Under the pieces are notes generated by a model. The model was not told the origin of the DNA, searched no databases, and worked only from the letters and a program-made list of their open reading frames with translations. From the NCBI RefSeq assembly GCF_902713615.1, contig NC_052147.1, forward strand, positions 166,388,410 through 166,452,409: a DNA stretch of 64,000 bases, in the 5' to 3' direction. How positions within the stretch are numbered: position 1 is the stretch's first letter; each line of letters opens with the position of its first letter. Made by a program: the position numbers and the translations under genes. Of this stretch, positions 59,908 through 64,000 are shown one piece after another. The stretch is from Scyliorhinus canicula (taxonomy: Eukaryota).

Positions 59908-59913
59908 AATAAA
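59908..59913 (+). terminator. polyA signal of gene 3
   Basis: AATAAA 49 nt after the stop codon. Confidence 0.7.
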
Positions 59914-61182
59914 TATACACAAATGTACTGCTGTTTCTCTCAATTGATTTATTTTTAGATTGTGAGGGTAATTGTCTATACCATGAAGATATTGAATGGA
60001 ATGGAGAAAGAATACCGGAGACATGTTCAGGATAATAAAAGGCACATTTAGTACAGATATCGGGAGATTGGCAGATGAGCAGTTTGCCAAGAAGAATGGC
60101 TTGGGGTAGGGTGTGAAAAAGATAAATATGGCCATGGCCTCCTTGAACCGCTTCAGTCCACGTGTTGTTGGAACTCCCTCCCGAACAGCTCCTCCAGCAC
60201 ACACACTGAAGCTGTTCAAGATGGCAGCACATCATCACCTTCCGAAGGGCAGTTGGAGATGGGTGATAAATGCTGGCATAGCCAGCAATACCCATATCCT
60301 ATATAGAAATATTTTAAAACAAAGGCATTGAGTTGGTGTTCTTTAGCCATAGGTACTTCTTTCATAGGAGCATTTAGACATTGACTAAACCAAATCAATG
60401 TAATTAAATTGAATAAATGGACAGGGAAAATTAATGGCTGGAACTTTGGCAGAGATTCTCTGCTCATTATACACCCTGTTTCATTTTTCATTCCAGGGAA
60501 TTGAAGTTAAACATAACACCCAAATTGTGTCCATGACATTGCCAACTTGATAAACCAATTTTATGAAAATGCAAATCTAAGTCACTATAAATCAGGACTG
60601 CCTAGTATCTAAGGGTCTCAGGGTATGAGTCTAAAACATGGAAGCCAAAAATATCTATCATTGAAAAATAAGAGCAGTTAGTTATACTGTTCTGTCTTGG
60701 CATTTAGTCACACTGTGAGGGTAAAAATCACTGAGATCTTTATCCTTTACATGAATACACAGAAGGGGCTGAAGAAAGCTGCAGTGAACACCCAACATGC
60801 TCATCACAAAAATATCAGGGGTATTTAATCAAACTTGGTTATCATAGTTCTGGGAAGGTCATCATCATCAGCAACCCATTGTATCGAGGATGGTTATTCC
60901 TTGCAGATGGTTGAGTTGAAGAAAGGTGCTAGCATTGGGTGTGGGTTCGCAAATGGATTATGAAGCTTATCTTTGCATGACCGGCTCTCTGCTAATGAGA
61001 ATGTTGGTTGTCGGGCGGTAGAGATGGTGGCTGGTTGTTGATTTGCGCAGTTGCCCTCTCCTTCTGCCTCTCTCAACGTTCTCTCTTAATGGCTGCTGTT
61101 GGTGATTGGAAGGCCTTGACACTATTTTTGCTGATGAATCACCATTTTAGTCATGATTGACCATCTGTTTCCCATGTGTTTG

Positions 61183-64000
61183 TGTTATTAGAGTGGAGCT
61201 TCATGTCTTTGTTGCTACAAATTGAAAAGGAACAGAGGTGCCCACACTCTGGATTCTTATAAAACACAATGAGATTTTTATTAAGGGTGTTGCTCATATA
61301 ATCAAGAAGATGATCTGCCCCAAGCCCGCACAAACACTCTGCTGACAACACTACACACCATGTGATGCAGAACCAGCAAAAATGTATTCCCAGATGCATA
61401 ACACCCCTCCCCCTTCCTTTGTGCAAAAACAACCATCGACAGATCCCTGATATGTTATTTCTCGATAAATATACAATTCAAGAAGACGGTCTCTGTGGTG
61501 GGCATCTATTCCTTTTTGGTAGAATTCAACGTCTTGAACTCGATTACTTGCGACCACGGAATTGCTCCAATTATTTTTTTATAGATGGTACACCTTGGGC
61601 AGTTACTCAGTGTTTGTCACTATAGGCATTGAAAAATCCTCAGAAACAGAATCTGAACTTGTCACTGTCCCTGGTCTTTGTTCCAAAGTATAATCTCCAG
61701 ATCTTCTAAAGGTAGAGCCTCTTGAGGGGTTTCTGCAAACTCACATTGTGCAACAAGTAACTGATCAGCATGACATCGGCAAACTCTTTCATCATCTGTC
61801 GGTACAGGGTACGATATTGGACCTGTCTTTTCTAGGATAATCATCTTTATTGTCACAAGTAGGCTTACATTAACACTGCAATGAAGTTACTGTGAAAAGA
61901 CCCTAGTTGCCACATTCTGGCGCCTGTTCAGGTACATAGAGGGAGAATTTAGAATGTCCAATTCACCTCACAGCACATCTTTCGGGACTTGTGGGAGGAA
62001 AGGGAGCACCTGGAGGAAACTCAAGCAGACACGCGGAGACTCCACACAGAGCTGGTACCCATTTCCTGTTGGTGGTGTAACTCCTCGCTAACGCTCTCTT
62101 GCCTTGGCTGAATACACACTTTTCAGAGATTTTCCCCCTCCTAGTAATTTGTGCTTGTTGTTGTCAATTGACAATCTCTGAAGTATCAGGTGGAATTAAC
62201 AAGTAAAACTGTGTTTGTAATTTACTCTTAAACAACAGCACTGCTGGTGAACTTTGCATGGTAGCATTTACAGTATTCCAATAAGATAGTAGAGATTTGT
62301 TTACTCTTCTTGATAGTGTTCCCTGGTCCATCAATGCTTTATTAGAATACTTTAATGATTGCACAAAATGTTCGGCCAATTTTTTCATCGCTGGATGATA
62401 TGGTGTATACCGTTCCCTTTCTAGTACTCCTCAAACTCCTTCAAAGTAAAGTGTGTACCATTATCACTACCAATCTGCTCTGGTGTTCCAAATCTAGCGA
62501 ATATTTTGTCTAGTTTCTCAATGGTCTGCTCAGTTGTCATTAACTTCATGAATGTGACTTCTGGCCATTTTGGGTGCATGTCCACAATCACTAAGAACAT
62601 GTGACCCTCCAGTGGACCAGCATGATCGATGTGTGTTCTATGCCATGACTGAGTTGACCATTCCCAAGGTGGAGGGTTCCTTAGTTTTGTGAAAGATTGG
62701 CATTACCCTGCTATCTCTTCAGTTTGAGCATCTAATCCTGGCCCCAAAAAATAAATACGAGCCAATTCCTTCACCCTCACCACACCAGGATGTTTCTCAT
62801 GCAAGCATAGAAGAATAATCACATGGATTCCCCATAATCGTGTTATGTAGGGCTTGGATATTTAGAATAGATTTAGGTTTAGATTTATTGTCACGTGTAC
62901 TGAGGTACAGTGAAAAGTACTGTTCTGCGTTCAGTCCAGGCAGATCGTTCCATAGATGAAAAAACAGGACATATGATAAATACACAATGTTAATACATAG
63001 ACACAGGTGTCGGGTGAAGCATACGGAATGTAGTACTACTCAGTAGAGAAGGTGCGAGGAAAGGTCAGTTCAGTCCATAACAGGGTCGTTTAGGAGTCTG
63101 GTAACAGCGCGGAAGAAGCTGTTTTTGAATCTACTAGTGTGGGCTCTCAGACTTTTGTAACTCCTGCCCATTAGAAGATGAGGAAGAGCGAATAACCCGG
63201 ATGGGAGGTGTCTTTGATTATGCTGCCTGCTTTTCCAAGGCAACAGAAGATGTAGATAGAGTCAGTGGGGAGGCGGGTTTGCGTGATGGACTAGGCTGTG
63301 TTTACGACTCTCTCTAGTTTCTTAGCATTATTTCCCATGAACGTTTGACAGTGTTCCTTTTTGGACCAAGTCCATCACCCTCCCCATCACTGGATCTGTT
63401 CTTGTATATCTTTGAACATGAGATGAAGTCACAGGGACACTATCCACAGGCGAGAAATAAATAACCTTGACAAATTTTTCTTTTGTGCCATGCTTGACTT
63501 ATAATGGCAATCGTGATAAAGCATCAGCATTTACATGCTGTTCTGGCTTGCGATACTGGATATCGTATGTGTGTGCTGACAATGTCAATGACTATCTCTG
63601 CAGTCTGCTAGCTGCCAAAGGAGGGGAGGCACAGTGGCACAGAGGTTAGCACTGCTGCCTCACAGCGTCAGGGACCCAGGTTCAATTCCAGCCTTGGGTG
63701 ACTGGAGTTTGCACGTTCTCCCTGTGTCTGTGTGGGTTTCCTCCAGCTACTCCAGTTTCCTCCCACAGACCAAAGATGTGCAGGTTAGATGAATTGGCCA
63801 TGCTAAATTGCCCAAAACATCTCAGGGGTTACAGGGCTAGGAGTGGGGGATTGGGCCTAGGAATGGTGCTTTATCGGAGCAAGGGTCGAATGGCCTCCTT
63901 CTGCACTGTAGAGATTCTATTCTATGATATACCTTTATACAGACAAAAAGTTGCAGTCAAGGGTCGATAATCTGTCAAAAAGGTAAAATGACGCCGATAA
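61183..64000 (-). mobile_element. Gypsy retrotransposon 3' half: RNase H, integrase, PPT and 3' LTR; runs off the window
   Basis: RHFTFLTDYRPL, ASRLQR*..YDIQYRK..HVNADALSRLP, PWEW, SDNG, AEHFVQSLK; PPT AAAGGAAGGGGGAGGGG at 61420-61404; LTR 61403-61183 with TGTTAT...ATAACA ends; interrupted by SINEs (~61835-62050, ~63625-63930) and a Rex 3' end (~62870-63325). Confidence 0.85.

Overview
Eukaryotic, vertebrate DNA; the repeat families (HE1/V-SINE-like, Deu-domain SINE, CR1, L1, Rex/Babar, Penelope) point to a shark, probably a catshark (inference). The only intact host genes are three tandem, same-strand, three-exon gamma-crystallin genes of 175 aa each (3422-6772, 27951-32064, 56306-59858), each with a conserved lens-type promoter and a polyA signal. 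Almost everything else is nested transposable-element debris: a full-length dead L1-clade LINE with TSD, several CR1 and Rex/Babar LINEs, three Gypsy remnants, four solo LTRs with clean TSDs, Harbinger transposon relics (HARBI1-like nuclease and Myb/SANT partner) with their MITEs, Penelope fragments carrying minimal hammerhead ribozymes, and many SINEs. Most notable observations: a Gypsy element whose PBS position holds a 14-nt perfect complement of its own LTR polyA-signal region instead of a tRNA site; one SINE head found with three different tails and matching insertion signatures; hammerhead motifs including a 95-bp mini-element; GC-AG first introns in two of the three crystallins; exon-restricted homogenisation; and a MITE flanked by a 153-bp direct duplication. 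All alignments and counts were done by eye. Repeat boundaries without a stated TSD are approximate.
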